NCBI GenBank assembly: GCA_964016885.1
Contig: OZ024743.1
Coordinates: 253,146,001 to 253,210,000 of the forward strand
Length of the DNA: 64,000 bases
Source of the DNA: Eledone cirrhosa
Taxonomy: Eukaryota
Reading direction: 5' to 3'
Part shown: positions 16,697-31,191 of the stretch, piece by piece
How the letters are laid out: every line of letters starts with the position of its first letter
Position numbering within the stretch: the stretch's first letter is position 1
The notes under the pieces: model-generated
What the model was told of the DNA's origin: nothing
Databases searched by the model: none
What the model saw: the letters and a program-made list of their open reading frames with translations, nothing else
Translations under genes and position numbers: made by a program

Positions 16697-18093
16697 TCTC
16701 TCAGGAGGAAGATTTCTAGCCTGCGGAGCCAGCGAGGCGCCAGACAACCTCAAAACTATAATAGAAACTGACCGACAATCCATATCCTTTCGCCATCACT
16801 GTAATGTGATTGCAGTAAAGTCACTTAAGTTTAAAAGTCTGCTTTCAGTATTAAGTAAATTAATAAACAAATAAAAATAAAGATAGCGGTTTCTAATTTA
16901 GGCACAAGGCCAACAATTTCTTGGGAGGAAAAGGTCAACTGGCTCTTTATTCTATGGATACGAGAATGATAAACGCCAGCGTAGACTTCTGTGAGATTTG
17001 AACTCAGAACGTAAAAACCTGGAACAAATACCGCTTAGCATTTGTCCGACACTATCGACTCTAATCATTCTTTCACACTTTGGCACAAGGTCAGGGAAGA
17101 GGAATGTGGGTTAAATCACCCCAGTGTTTTACTGGTACATTAAATTATTGACTCCGTAAGGATGAAAAGCAAAGCTAATCTCGGAAACGATTTTTAGTCA
17201 GAACGTAAAGAACTGTAACTGTATGCAGCAAATCATGTTATCCGATGCTCTACTGATATTGCCAATCCACCGCCCTTAAAAATAATAATTGTTTCTATTT
17301 TTGGCACAAGGCCAGCAATTATACCAGTACATTACTGGTACTTTATTTTATCCACCCCGTAAGGATGAAAGGCAAAGTTAGCCTCGGCGGGATTTGAACT
17401 CTGTTATGCAAAGCATAGCGTCCGACCCTCTACCGATACTGCCAATGATAAACAATAAGAGCAGCACTGAATAACCGATAAATATTAGATTGGTTTGTGA
17501 AGGGTGGACTACATATACTAAGGTTGATAGATTTCCTGTAAACACTACCGTTTCAGTAATTATATCGTGTAAGTAAGGACCATTGTAGCCATTTAAAACG
17601 CTAAATAACTATTAAATTCACTTTTCTTTGTGTCAACATTTTTGTCGCAGTTTCGAACATGATTCAAGACACACACGCACACACACACATACACCACACA
17701 CACACACACACGCACACGCACACGCACACGCACACGCACACATACACACACACAGGCACGCACGCACACACACACACAGTAAATACATTGCGGCACAAAG
17801 TATCATTCTCGCCATTAAAATAAAATACAGAAACTATTAAATTCACTTTCTATCTAATATATATTTCCTGGTGTCAACATTTTTGTGGCACTGTTTAATT
17901 TAATAATAATTTTTAAGCTAATATAACAGTTTTGGTGTAATCTTGAATGACTAAAATGAATAACCAACGGTATAATTGATTTAGTCTCAACACACGGCCA
18001 CGGATAAACTCAGTTCACTAAGAAGTATATAATATAGTTTTAGTGTTTTACTATTAAATAATGTAGTCATCCTCACCATTTTAAGAGACACCC

Positions 18094-18130
<37 letters not shown>

Positions 18131-19659
18131 CAGACACACACACACACACACATATATAAATATGTATGTATGTATGAATCTGTATATATGTATCTATATA
18201 TCTATTTATGTTGGGGGAGAAAGAAAAGAAGCAAAGAGAAATGGAGGAGAGATTAGTAGAGAGAAGGGAGGAAGAAAGGAGACAGGAAGGGAAGGGGAGT
18301 GATGGAAATACACATTAAATATAGATATATTTGGGCGGTTACAAATGTTAAGAGATCGTCAGTTACTATAGCAATCTAGCTTGAATGTGTGTATGAATAT
18401 CAGTGATAAAGAATACTCAATCATAACTATCACAATGATACAAACCGGAATGGGGTGGGAGACTACGCCCTACCATGTTGATACCCAGGCGAAAGTCACT
18501 CCATATTTTCAGCGGTTGGTATAGAGAAAGCATTGAGAATAGCGAAGCGGATGTGTTAAAATGGTCATTCCGAAACGCGGCGCTTACTCCTACGAGGGGT
18601 CAATTCCAACCCGATCCAATAAGAAATGACCTAGTCACTAACACAACAGAATTGTTTCAGTGACCAGGTGACAAACGGTATGACGAAAATTAGAACACCA
18701 AGAAATAAACGTTAAATAACAAGTGAAGTTAATAGTCTGTGTGGTTTTGAAGGTTGGGAATGGCTCTTTCACGGCGTAATTACTTTAATTTCATCACAAT
18801 ATCTCTAATTAACTCATTTAGTAGACAAGTAGAACTCCGAATGTCAGATATTATGTTTCAATAAAAAAAAATTAACTTTAGTAAGAATAAGCGATGTGAA
18901 ATCACCACCTTCTGCTAAAATTGAACTTCTTGTGATAGCTTACTACGTTTTCACATAGTAGTCTACTTTTCTTTATTTTTTCTTTTACACGTTTCAGTTA
19001 TTAGACGGTGGCGATGGGAATATTTAAGCCACAACATAGCCATAGGCGATAAAATGAAGTACTAGTAATACAGTAATACACTGGTGTAATTGCTGGCCTT
19101 GGGCCAAGAAGTAGAAACAATTATATGTAAAAACGTTTATGTCCATTATGGAACTGCTTTAAATTTGTTGGTGAGAATCGATTGGTGCAGGTTGGTAAGA
19201 GCCATGGGCAAGAGATGTATTGGTGTATTGACAGATCAATCGGGAGATCGATAAACAGAGTGCGGGGGTGGTATACAGGAAAATAAGAATATGTTATTCG
19301 TTAAAATACAGGTTGGTACACGTTTATTTGTTTTAACATGGAGGATACACATACACACACATACGTACGTACGTACGTACATACATACATACATACATAC
19401 ATACATACATACATACATACATACATACATACATGGGTATATAGTTAAATAACGGTGGAAGAGAAGGCATAGTGAGGTGTATTGTAGACCAAAAAAAAAC
19501 CCCAAAAGCGGGAGCGCGGAAGCGGAAGGGGAATTAGATTTAAATGGAAACCAGATTAGGGTAAAAAGAAAAAAAAAGAAGACAAAGGCGACAGTATGTC
19601 TGTAGGTATGTAAGAGTTACAGAGAGGAAGGGGGAAAAACATTAGAATACGTAGACGCG

Positions 19660-19845
19660 GCCGTGTTTTAGGCTAGTAGGGTGACGTAGCTGTCTGGTTA
19701 AGGAGCTTAATTCGCAACCACATGGTTTGGGGTTCAATTTTGTTTCGCGGCATCTTGGGAAAATGTCATCTACTATAGCTTCGAGTTCACGATACATTGT
19801 GACTAGAATTTGGATGATGGAACCTAGAGAAGCCTGCCGTATGTG
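19660..19845 (+). mobile_element. Second tRNA-derived SINE family (degenerate); partial reverse copy ~25945-26070
   Basis: gtagctgtctggttaaggagc..cgcaaccacatggtttggggttcaatt (A/B boxes), body gcatcttgggaaaatgtcatctactatagc, ends in a microsatellite. Confidence 0.6.
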
Positions 19846-19864
19846 TGCATATATATATATATAT

Positions 19865-20045
19865 TTATTAAAATAACAGATTAAAGTTTAAGCAAATAAT
19901 CGCTACTTTCACTCTTAACGGGATCTTCTTAAACTTTAATCTGTTATTTTAATATATATTTGCTCTACGGTTCTTATATATTTGATATATATTTATCCTT
20001 ATCGAGCCCTCTTTGGATTTTAGTCTTCAAATTTATTATTATTAA
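19865..20045. mobile_element. Fold-back pLTR fragment of the 31197-33290 PLE family
   Basis: attaaaataacagattaaagtttaag...gggatcttc followed by ttaaactttaatctgttattttaat...cttatcgagccctc. Confidence 0.8.
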
Positions 20046-20161
20046 TATATATATATATATATATATGTGTGTATGTAAAAGGTAAACAGAAATAACAACA
20101 CAATCGGTACAGTATATGGAAGGGGTATATTAGGTTAACGCTTGATAAAGCAGGAAGAGGG

Positions 20162-20197
20162 TCTTAACGCTTCGGGCGCTAGTCCTTCATCAGAAGA
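20162..20197 (-). ncRNA. Degenerate minimal hammerhead
   Basis: Reverse: tctt-CTGATGA-aggactagcgccc-GAAg-cg-TT-aaga; GAAA mutated to GAAG. Confidence 0.5.
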
Positions 20198-20232
20198 ATG
20201 AGAAATAAAATAGATTGAGGAGACGGGCGGGT

Positions 20233-20265
<33 letters not shown>

Positions 20266-20407
20266 GAAAAGTGTAATTTACTACACAAAACGAAGGTTAT
20301 AGAGAAAATTGAGGTTGGTAATGGCACATGGAATATATAAGAGACAGAATACTTTTTTGTGAAAAAACATATAATTTTATAAGGTAAGGAAATAATAAAG
20401 GGTATAA

Positions 20408-20455
20408 AAAATGACCGGTTTCGATGGGTCTGCAAAAGCCATCTTTTCAAATGTT
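20408..20455 (-). ncRNA. Type I hammerhead, U3-A8 variant
   Basis: Reverse: aacat-TTGAAAA-gatgg(cttttgcagac)ccatc-GAAA-ccgg-TC-atttt; 5-bp stem II, palindromic ACCGGT, stem I with one mismatch. Confidence 0.65.
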
Positions 20456-20831
20456 GATTAATATTAAGAAAAATTAATAATAAGAAGAGTTAAAATTTGA
20501 GATTTGAAAATTCAAGTATAAAATTCATTGTGAGATTTCACAGTAGTTTTCATCTTGGTAGCAGCTTGTTGACTGCTGGGTGCCTTTCTGGTAGTGAATG
20601 AGAAGTTATTTAGGGGTGTGGGTTATTTTATAAAGGTCAAATTTAGCAATGGCCAGATGGCCAGCTGATCGTCAGTGAGGGGGTGGAAGCAATATACATA
20701 CATATATCTTCCTGTGGTTGGTAGGAGAGGGGAGATTGATAGAAAGGGATTTAGTGCACTTACACCTATATATACACACATACCTTCATCCACACATACA
20801 TACATATACATATACATACACATATATACAC

Positions 20832-20912
<81 letters not shown>

Positions 20913-20948
20913 CACACGTACATACACACACACATACATATATATACG

Positions 20949-21043
<95 letters not shown>

Positions 21044-21751
21044 ATATATATATATATATAAAGTGTTAAAAGGATCATATTTTAGAACATTTATTTGCTG
21101 ACAATTGTTTCTTCCAGAGAGAAGTCTGGATTCATTGGAGCATCGGGAACGTCAAAACATGTTACTAGAATACTAGTCATTCAGAACATTTAGTATGCAT
21201 AAGTGTTGTTTGTGTCATAGACATCATGTGGAAAATCAGGAGTTAAGAAGTTAAAAAGATGTTATGCTTGAGAGAACACAATTACAAGCAGCTCTGGTTG
21301 AATATATAAGAGTTATAAGCAAAGAGTACAGGCAAAAGTTTACAAGCAAGGAAACATGTAGGATAGGATAGACATAAGATATAAGATATAAGATATCTTA
21401 TCATTGGAGAACAGTTAATGTTATGGGTGTACAATGCAGGAGTCAATACAATCAATGAGGAAATAGTTATAATACGGTTGAAATAAACATATTTTGTGTG
21501 GGGTGTTAAAGCATGTTATAAGTGTTAGAAATGTTTAAGATAGCGTATCGACAATGGTAAGGTTGGAACTACATCTTGTAACGGATAAAAAATTTATCCG
21601 GGAAAGCCTGCCCTAACACCGGCCAGAGTTACCTCCCTTGACCTACTGCAAAATCAAAACACGCTTTTTTGCGAAGAATGAACTCTGACGTGAACTTACC
21701 TCCAAAAACACTTTTAGGGCCAGGTAAGGAACACTTTTTAGTTATTTATTC

Positions 21752-21786
21752 CCTTGAGAAGCCCATCCCGGTGAAACGTACGTAGG
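21752..21786 (+). ncRNA. Type I hammerhead, U3-A8 variant
   Basis: cc-TTGAGAA-gcc(catccc)ggt-GAAA-cgtacg-TA-gg; palindromic ACGTACGT; stem I short. Confidence 0.6.
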
Positions 21787-21996
21787 TGGTGTTTTAAATA
21801 AACATGTATTAACGGTCTGTTCTCCTATTTCTTACTTTTCCACGTGCTTACGCTCTGCTAACTCTCTCACCCCCTAGATATTAACACCTCTAGTATCTAA
21901 CACTGCCAGCACTAGTATTGAGCACCTTCTGCATACGCTATTTGGCAAATAACTACATGTATCACCTATCCTTCCTTTTTTCTCTCTCTCGATACG

Positions 21997-22112
<116 letters not shown>

Positions 22113-22607
22113 GTCTCCCGGTATTCGCAGCGGCTACGTTCCTAAAGCACACGTGAAGAGTGAAAAGCTGCGAAAATTGGACGTGGTCCATAAAAATGCC
22201 TAAAAACATCAAAGAATTATAAAAAAAAAGAGAAATCTTATGCGTCGGCAAATACGGTGTATTGATATTAGTGATTTAGCGTTAAAAAGATATATATTTA
22301 TACGAAAAAAGCCTTTTAAAAAATCGCGGAAAATATTTGCGATTTTCCGAATATGCGAGTTTTCCACGACCAAATATTAGTTAGGTTCTAAGGGAAATTT
22401 TTTTTTATTTGAATATGGCAAAGCCAACGAATGATCGCTCGTATACAGTAAACTGACTGGACAGTCTGCTGATCTGCAAATCTGGCTAATATGCAGATCT
22501 GACTGTTCAGCCAGTCTGCTAATATGCAAAACAGGTCGATCAGTCACTCTATATTTTAGAAAATATCATATATCTTCACTAGCACTGACAGTTGGCAGGT
22601 GAACAGT

Positions 22608-22657
22608 GAACTGTACTGATGAAGGAAAATACCCAGAAACATTAGTGTCTGCAGTTC
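22608..22657 (+). ncRNA. Type I hammerhead ribozyme
   Basis: gaactgta-CTGATGA-agg(aaaatac)cca-GAAA-cattagtg-TC-tgcagttc; 8-bp stem I extendable by gaacag/ctgttt; weak stem II. Confidence 0.8.
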
Positions 22658-22795
22658 TGTTTACATACCAACACAAGAGCAAGAATGAGAGGCTAATTCT
22701 ACTGACATGACTTTTAAAAGAGGCTTGTTTGCATAATTGCAAACGAATTGAATATTATTACTAATATATATATATATATATATTTAATATAGAAA

Positions 22796-22845
22796 GGCTT
22801 CTACAGGACTAGAACTGTTTCATTCGGGAGAAATCATCAGGAACC
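22796..22845 (-). ncRNA. Type I hammerhead; family copies at 35979-36031 (+) and 41005-41057 (-)
   Basis: Reverse: ttc-CTGATGA-tttc(tccc)gaat-GAAA-cag(ttctagtc)ctg-TA-gaa. The 35979 copy has a 7-bp stem I gagattc/gaatctc but GTAA for GAAA; the 41005 copy has a GUG triplet. Confidence 0.75.
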
Positions 22846-23112
22846 CGACTGTCCAAGTAATATGATGGTATTTATACATTTTCTGGTTGTAGGAGAAGGT
22901 GGTGATTGGAATGGGTGGAGGTCATTGGTTGATGGGTTTAAAGAAAAGGAAATTATTTAAAAACTATATTTAGAGTAACAAAGGCAGAAAGAATTCTATA
23001 GACAAGTTCAAAATGGGGGTGCCACTCCTGAATTTTAAGGTTCACTTAAGCTAACAATGGCCATGGTCAGGTGTCTACAAAAACTTTCACACGCACACAA
23101 ACATACACACAC

Positions 23113-23226
<114 letters not shown>

Positions 23227-24450
23227 ACACACATATATATATGTGTATATATGTATATTTATTTATTCTTTTTCTCAAACACCTCTAACACCTACTTTCC
23301 CTCTTCTTAACCTCAACCAAACTCCGCAAAATAAATTCGTGCCTTCTTCCCACACACACACACCTCTAATGTTCCCTCTTACCCTCTCATCCAACGCACC
23401 CCACTACCACTACACGCCAACCTTCAATCTCACCCCTACAACTCCCTCCTAACACCACCCACACATCGATTCTAATCTCAATCAATCCCAACCAACCCAC
23501 AACGTCAACCTTCCTCCGACCTACATCTCTCTGCAGTTTAGCGTAGTAGGGGATATATTTTTCATAGCTTACACTACTTACAGCGTCGAATTGAACGGTT
23601 CCTGCACCGCACTAAACTGCTGGTGTATTTCCTTGGACCAGGAGCACTTCATGGAACTGGGAGTACAACTATTTCATTGAAACCACAACACTTTCTTCTA
23701 TCGTCTCTTGCTCTCTGATCCCACAATTCAAAATCCAAACGCACACGTGTATATTCGCATACACATGTACCCGCTCATACATAGACACACACACACACAT
23801 ACCAATACACAAACACACGCACACAAAAACACAACAAAAGAATTCACAGACACACACATGTACGGGAACACACAGGCACACATAAAACTACAGGATTCAC
23901 TGAAGCATAAGTGTATACACACAGACACAAAACAAAAAAAAAAAAAGAATTCAGCTTGTGTCAGACGCTGTGACGCCGGGTGGACAAACAATACCATTGG
24001 TAGGGTTCGAAACTGCCAAATTCCATCTCAAAAGTCGATGAACCTGGAGTTCCGTGTCTTTTGTTTGCATTTTTATTTTCAAAACATAATTGTTTACGGT
24101 TTCGCCTTTAAAAACTTGTTTTTCGTTTTGTCTTCTTTTCGTTCGCTGTCTTGTCACTTTGTTAATTTTCTTAGGTTTATCATCATATATATATAATTGT
24201 TTCTACTTTTGGCACAAGGCCAGTAATTACCCAGTACATTACTTGTACTTTATTTTATCGACTCCCGTAAGGATGAAAGGCAAAGTTAACCTCGACGGAA
24301 TTTGAACTCAGACCGTAAAGAGACGTAACTATGCTGGAAAGCATGGCGCCCGACCCCCAAACGATACTGCCAATATATATATAATAATAGTTCGGATCTA
24401 TCTGTTGCAACGGCAGGAGAGCAACCGCTGAGGTCCCTTAATATTCATAT

Positions 24451-24515
<65 letters not shown>

Positions 24516-25626
24516 TTATATACATTTTGCGTGTAACATTCAGTTATTGATAGTTCACCTAATTGATCACTGAATAATGTTCGTGGCTTCAGCTGCCAAT
24601 GTAGGGTTCGTCATTTGTGTTGTCACCAGATTTTGGTAACCGTAAAATGTAAAGTGTTAATAACAACGAAGCGGAAACGAAATATCAATTTAGTATCGTA
24701 TACAAAGAGTATTTGTTTCACACTCACACGTAACGTGCATTTCGTTATCTTTGCATGTCTCAGCAAGGGCTGCTTAAGTCTGCATAGGGTCCTTGGCTGA
24801 ATATTCTATTGCGGCAATTGCGCATTATTTATGGTAGATAAAAAAATAATTCGGAGACTTTTGAATATTTTGGGGCCCCAGTCTACATACCGAGACACCC
24901 ACTCCCCATCCTTTATCCGATACTGGAGACGGGTGAGGAAAATAGAGACTGTCAGGAAATGCCAATAGAGAGTGGAAGCTAAGGGACCGATAAGCAAGCA
25001 GCGAATGCTTATCAAATTTCTATGCGTTTATCGATCATTACGAGTTTCAGATCTGATAACGTACAAACTGGTTTATGTCGATAACACATATTTCAAATTG
25101 GAAGCAATAGCTTTGTATTGAAAATGAACTTTTATATTATATACGAATAATAATTTCGCATTTTGGTAAGGGCCAGCAATTTAGTGGGGACTGTACTAAA
25201 TTTATCAACCTCTGAAGGATGTAAAATGAAGTTGACCTTGATGGGATTTGAACACAAAATGAGAGAACTCAAAAATAATTTCAACAAGGCATTTTATCCG
25301 AAGCTCAACCGATATTTCCAATCCACCACCGTATAATACGGAGTAATGATTACGATAATATTAAAAAGATATCCTGATATAATTTCTTTTAAAGATTCAT
25401 AAATAGCAATACATTGAATAATAGAAAAGAAAAAAAAAACTAACTCAAGATGGATTATTGTACAAATTCACAGAATATCAGTTTAACGCTTGAGAGATAT
25501 GGACAAATTACGTAATATTTCGGTTCTTGCCCTTCCTCAGAAGGTTCATGGGGAACAAACAGAGAAAGGAAAGAAATAAGGAAATAATTTATGCGTGAAG
25601 CCTCTTTACATCATATATATTTTTTT

Positions 25627-25677
25627 AGTTTCTGAAGATCCCGTTAATGGTGAAAGCAGCCATTCTTTGCTTAAACT
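25627..25677 (+). ncRNA. Type I hammerhead in pLTR fragment (25622-25750) of the 31197-33290 family
   Basis: agttt-CTGAAGA-tccc(gttaa)tggt-GAAA-gcag(ccattct)ttgc-TT-aaact; CUU triplet. Confidence 0.7.
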
Positions 25678-25754
25678 TTAATCTGTTATTTTAATAAATA
25701 TTTATCCTTATCGAGCCCTCTTTGGATTGTAGTCTTGAAATTAATTATTATATA

Positions 25755-25796
<42 letters not shown>

Positions 25797-25860
25797 CAAG
25801 AAGAAAGTATAGCATAATCAAAGCTCTGGTTGCAGCCAAGCTAACGAATGCAGTCCGTAT

Positions 25861-25901
<41 letters not shown>

Positions 25902-26703
25902 CATCCATACAAATATTTATACATACATAAATGCGTTCGACATCAACAAAGTTTCACTCACAAGGCATTGTTCAAGGCGAGGAGGTTATATATTAGCACA
26001 CAGTAGGATTGAACCCGAAACCACATGGTTGCAAAACGAACTCCTCAGTCACACAGCTATCCTTGTGCCTAAATAATATGCCCGAAATCTATGTTGTTTA
26101 TGCAAAGTTACCAAACATATAATCTTGAATTCTATGAGATAAGACGGTGCAATAAACATTTGAAAAAGAAAACAATAATAATAATAAAATAAGGCACATG
26201 GCTATTTCTTATAATCAGATATCTATTGAAGCGTAAGCGTCTGTTGCGGCAGAAGGCAAATGTGTGGTGAGTCATGTTTTCAAGTTATTTGACGTTAAAG
26301 AAGCCATGTTATATTAGTGCAAACCCAAACATACAACGTATAATGATCGATGTATGATTATTATTATCTATAATAAAATAAATAAACGAAAAAAATAATA
26401 CAAAAAAGAAATAAAAAAAAAATATTTTTTATAATAAAAGAAATCATTATTATCATTATTAACTTTGGCTACAGTGTTTTGTATAAAAGAAATGCACTCG
26501 ATATCAATAGATCTTCAATTGTTTCCTATGTCGCCCCCACTCCCGCTGCTATATTCATAATTTGTCTAAACGGAATCGGTAAAGAAAAAGCTTTCTTCAA
26601 CTGTAAACGCTAGCGTGGTTGTTTCAGTTAGTTTAGCTGGTACAGCAACGATACATAGATGTATGTGTGTGTGTATGTATGTATATATGTGTGTATGTAT
26701 ATT

Positions 26704-26738
<35 letters not shown>

Positions 26739-27267
26739 CTATGTATGTGTGTATGTATATTTGTATATATGTATGTGTCTAGGTATATATATATATGTAT
26801 GTATGTTTGTATGTATATGTTAAGATGTCATAGATAGATATACGTGTGCGCGCATGTATATATAAATACATATGAATGTATAGGTAAATGTATATAAGAT
26901 TGAAGCAAGGTAATCAGGATTATAAAGATGAGGGTCAAATGGGTAATAAACAATAACTACTCAGTAACACATATATATACATACATACAAACGTATATAC
27001 AGTTATACAGAATAGCACATAGTATATATATACATACGCACGCATATGCAGTTATGCTCTCAAATACTCTATCACACTCATAGACATACATACATGTGTG
27101 TATATCAGGATAGGGCTATGAACTGAAAGGGCGATTTAAACATAAACAGAATTATTGAGAAGTATCGGTGTCTGTATGTATACATACACACCGACACACA
27201 CACCCATCCATATATATATATACATATACATACATACGTACAAACACATACACACATACACACACAT

Positions 27268-27380
<113 letters not shown>

Positions 27381-27420
27381 CATATATATATATATATAAA
27401 TATACACACACACACACGCG

Positions 27421-27467
<47 letters not shown>

Positions 27468-28064
27468 AGAGATAGTTGGTAGATAGATCGAGGGACCAAA
27501 TGCTGAATAAGTACGTTGATTAGTTCGTTGTTGATAATAATAATAATAAAAATAAGTTTGAAGTATGTTTTCAGACTTGTAAGTACGTAAACATACATCT
27601 AACCATCGAGTACAATAACGCTACAGAATAATGGTTGTTTTTGTTACATTCTTGACGCCCGTTATTCTCCATATAACAGTCTCTCAGTACATACGTATTA
27701 TTGTGGCCAGTGCATTCCTTGGTAGATTACTTCATTTATTTTTGTCTAGGCAAGCATGTCTGACATCGTTTCTGAAGAGAATTAAATACATGGTTCTGTC
27801 CGACTTTCGTGTTTATGTGTCTTTAACAGCACAAATGAAGAGAAATCTTTTTATTCATGATTGAACGGGCTCCAAGAATTTCTTTCTTTTATATAAACAT
27901 TTTACTGTTGTTTTGGTCGGAATAAGGAATCTATGCATATATGCATATATCAATACATGCATTCGTACAAACGTATATATATATATATATAAATATGCAC
28001 AAGCACTAACATACAAATGTGTATGCAAGCATACATACTTACATATGTAGGTTTACATTCTCTC

Positions 28065-28151
<87 letters not shown>

Positions 28152-28199
28152 CTCTATATATACACACACATATATATATATACACACACACACACACAA

Positions 28200-28260
<61 letters not shown>

Positions 28261-28362
28261 TAAGATGTATGGTAGGTCGTATGTGAATCGCGATGATCAC
28301 GTCTGACCTACCAAATATGTGACGGTAGCTAGTTAAGCTCTATGCGTATACGCAGAGCATAA

Positions 28363-30102
28363 ATATTAGTGAAAAAGAACAAAGGAACTATTATGACATT
28401 ACAACAAGTTTATTGCCGACAGCCGTTTCGTCCGACCACATGGTGGGACTTTTCAAGGCATATAACATGTGATTGTGAGATCATTATTTACATCAACGTA
28501 TCACTCAAGGCTAGCAGTTTGAAATTGTGGTATACATCAGCAACTCCGCTTGTATAGTTGGGGTCTATATTCTAAGGGGGCTCTTTTATATTAGTTGTCG
28601 GGGTCAGGGATTGAAGTTTAAAAATTAGATAATATATAATTTACGCATTAACAGTAAACTAAAAGACTTGGGGTCCCGTAGAAGCACCTTAGAAAATCCC
28701 TCAATAAGTGCATAAAGCTTACAGGCTCCAATAAACCTACTAGACAAGAAGAAATTAAGAGGCTAATAAAATAAAAAAATAAAAATATAAAGTTTCCCTA
28801 AAAAATATATAAAGTTTCCTATGAAATTCCTTCTAGAGAAAAAATTTTTTTCCCGAAAGAAAAAAACCTTCTTCCCCCGAGATCACGTTTACAAATTTCA
28901 GAAAACTTACGAAGTTTTGATATTCCCTACTAAGTTGAAAGAAACTAATGAATTAAAGGTTAATTCAAAGAGCCTTCTATAATTCTCTCAGAAAAGGCCC
29001 CTTTAATATTTTTAACAGGAACTTCTTCCGAGAGACCCTTCGAAGAATTAAAATTTTAGAGAGCCTTTAAAGATATATATAAAAACGAATTGAGGAAAAT
29101 TATACATTAAAAGTTAAAAATTACGGTATTTGGGATATCCGAGGAATTTTCAAAGGGCTGCTTCAACAGATACAACTTAGGCATAATAGATACAATCATT
29201 TAAGTAATTTAAGTAATTTAATTAGTGAGCAATTCAAGGAGTTTATCAAGTTGGGCAAGATTAAGGAATGTGGTAAATAAGAAAATACATAAGCAAAAAG
29301 ACAATAATTATAAAATGTATTTTTAAGAAGGTATAAGGTAGCTTCAGTAATCTAACAATGTATTATCACAAAAAATTATTATAAAATTATTGATACAGGA
29401 TTAACAAAGACATAATAATATATATTCCTGCCTAATTAACAAGTAATCAAAACACTACTAACAGTCAGGCAAAATTAGCTCAGGGATATAGAAGGCTCTT
29501 TGAATTAACCTTTAATTGATTAGTTTCTTTCAACTTAGTAGGGAATATCAAAACTTCGTAAGTTTTCTGAAATTTGTAAACGTGATCTCGGGGCAAGAAT
29601 TTTTTTATTTCGGGAAAAAAAATTTTTTCTCTAGAAGGAATTTCATAGGAAACTTTATATATGTTTTAGGGAAACTTTATATTTTTATTTTTTATTTTAT
29701 TAGCCTCTTAATTTCTTCTAGTCTAGTAGGTTTATTGGAGCCTGTAAGCTTTATGTACTTATTGAAGGATTTTCTAAGGTGCTTCTACGGGACCCCAAGT
29801 CTTTTAGTTTACTGTTAATGCGTAAATTATATATTATCTAATTTTTAAACTTCAATCCCTGACCAGGACAACTAATATAAAAGAGCCCCCTTAGAATATA
29901 GACCCCAACTATACAAGCGGAGTTGCTGATGTATACCACAATTTCAAACTGCTAGCCTTGAATGATACGTTGATGTAAATAATGATCTTACAATCACATG
30001 TTATGTGCCTTGAAAAGTCCCACCATGTGGTCGGACGAAACGGCTGTCGGCAATAAACTTGTTATAATGTCATAATAGTTCCTTTGTTCTTTTTCACTAA
30101 TA
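28363..30102. mobile_element. Large inverted repeat (~620-bp arms, ~505-bp spacer), one HHR per arm
   Basis: 28363-28981 is the reverse complement of 29487-30102 with scattered substitutions; no ORF recognised. Confidence 0.9.
30006..30052 (+). ncRNA. Type I hammerhead, U3-A8 variant (mirror copy 28414-28460, - strand)
   Basis: tgcc-TTGAAAA-gtcc(caccatgtggtc)ggac-GAAA-cggctg-TC-ggca; identical in both arms. Confidence 0.8.
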
Positions 30103-30116
30103 TATATATATATATA

Positions 30117-30804
30117 CCCTGTTTTATTGATAGCGCACTGTATATCTCTCTCTGGTGTGTAACCTTTTCAACATATTGTATTTTAAAGAGCTCAGGATCT
30201 TTTCTCCTTTGAGCACATTATTTGCAGGGATTGGCGAGGGCCTATGGCTCCGTTAATTTATCGTGATATTTCGCTCGTTATAACATTTTTTAACTATCTC
30301 TCTTTTTGGTTGAGCACACTTCTCTGAGTGGTTTTGGGCTGCCCTTTCTAGCAGTTCGTCCCTCAGAGGCCACTGGTTCACTGCCCTTAAACACGCTGTG
30401 ACTTCTCTCTCCCACGTGTAGCTGGACAGTCTCTTTTAAAATTCTTTTAGTGTTGTCTGAAATGTATAGCCTTACACACGCTGATGAACCGAGGTTATTC
30501 CATTTCTGTCAACAAATTACTGGCGAAACATCTCTTTGGATTTGTACGTGTGTTATATAGTTATAGATGTATTTATTTACGCTTTAATCTATATTTTTAA
30601 TTATCGTGTCTATAGTCTGCCTTTCATAGATTATAGATTCCATACACTGGTGGTTTTTCCCCTGTTTTATTGATAGCGCACTGTATATCTCTCTCTGGTG
30701 TGTTACCTTTTCAACATATTGTATTTTAAAGAGTTCAGGTTCTCTTCTCCTTTGAGCACATTATTTACAGGAAATGGCGAGGGCCTATGGTTCCATTAAT
30801 TTAT

Positions 30805-30810
<6 letters not shown>
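30117..30810 (+). mobile_element. ~543-bp non-coding unit + ~150-bp partial tandem copy in (TA)n
   Basis: ccctgttttattgatagcgcactg...aatttatcgtgatat occurs at 30117-30269 and 30660-30811; central HHR. Confidence 0.85.
30474..30553 (+). ncRNA. Type I hammerhead with enlarged stem II and stem III loops
   Basis: acacacg-CTGATGA-[38 nt]-GAAA-ca(tctctttggatt)tg-TA-cgtgtgt; perfect 7-bp stem I; stem II partly decayed. Confidence 0.7.
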
Positions 30811-30868
<58 letters not shown>

Positions 30869-31110
30869 GCACATATATATATAGCTACGGTACATTTTTA
30901 TAAAAACATCCATCTCAGGTTCGAGGAGAATATTTTCCTCCGTTCTTTTCGTCCCTTTCCAACGAATCCAACTTCCAAACACTTCGGAAATGTTTTATGT
31001 TTCAGATGACGGAAAGAGTGGTGAAGGATATTTTAAAAAGATTCAAAACATTCAAATCCCCTTATTTGAATCATGGCCCTATTGATATTCATACAAATAG
31101 AGTAAATGAG

Positions 31111-31189
<79 letters not shown>

Positions 31190-31191
<2 letters not shown>

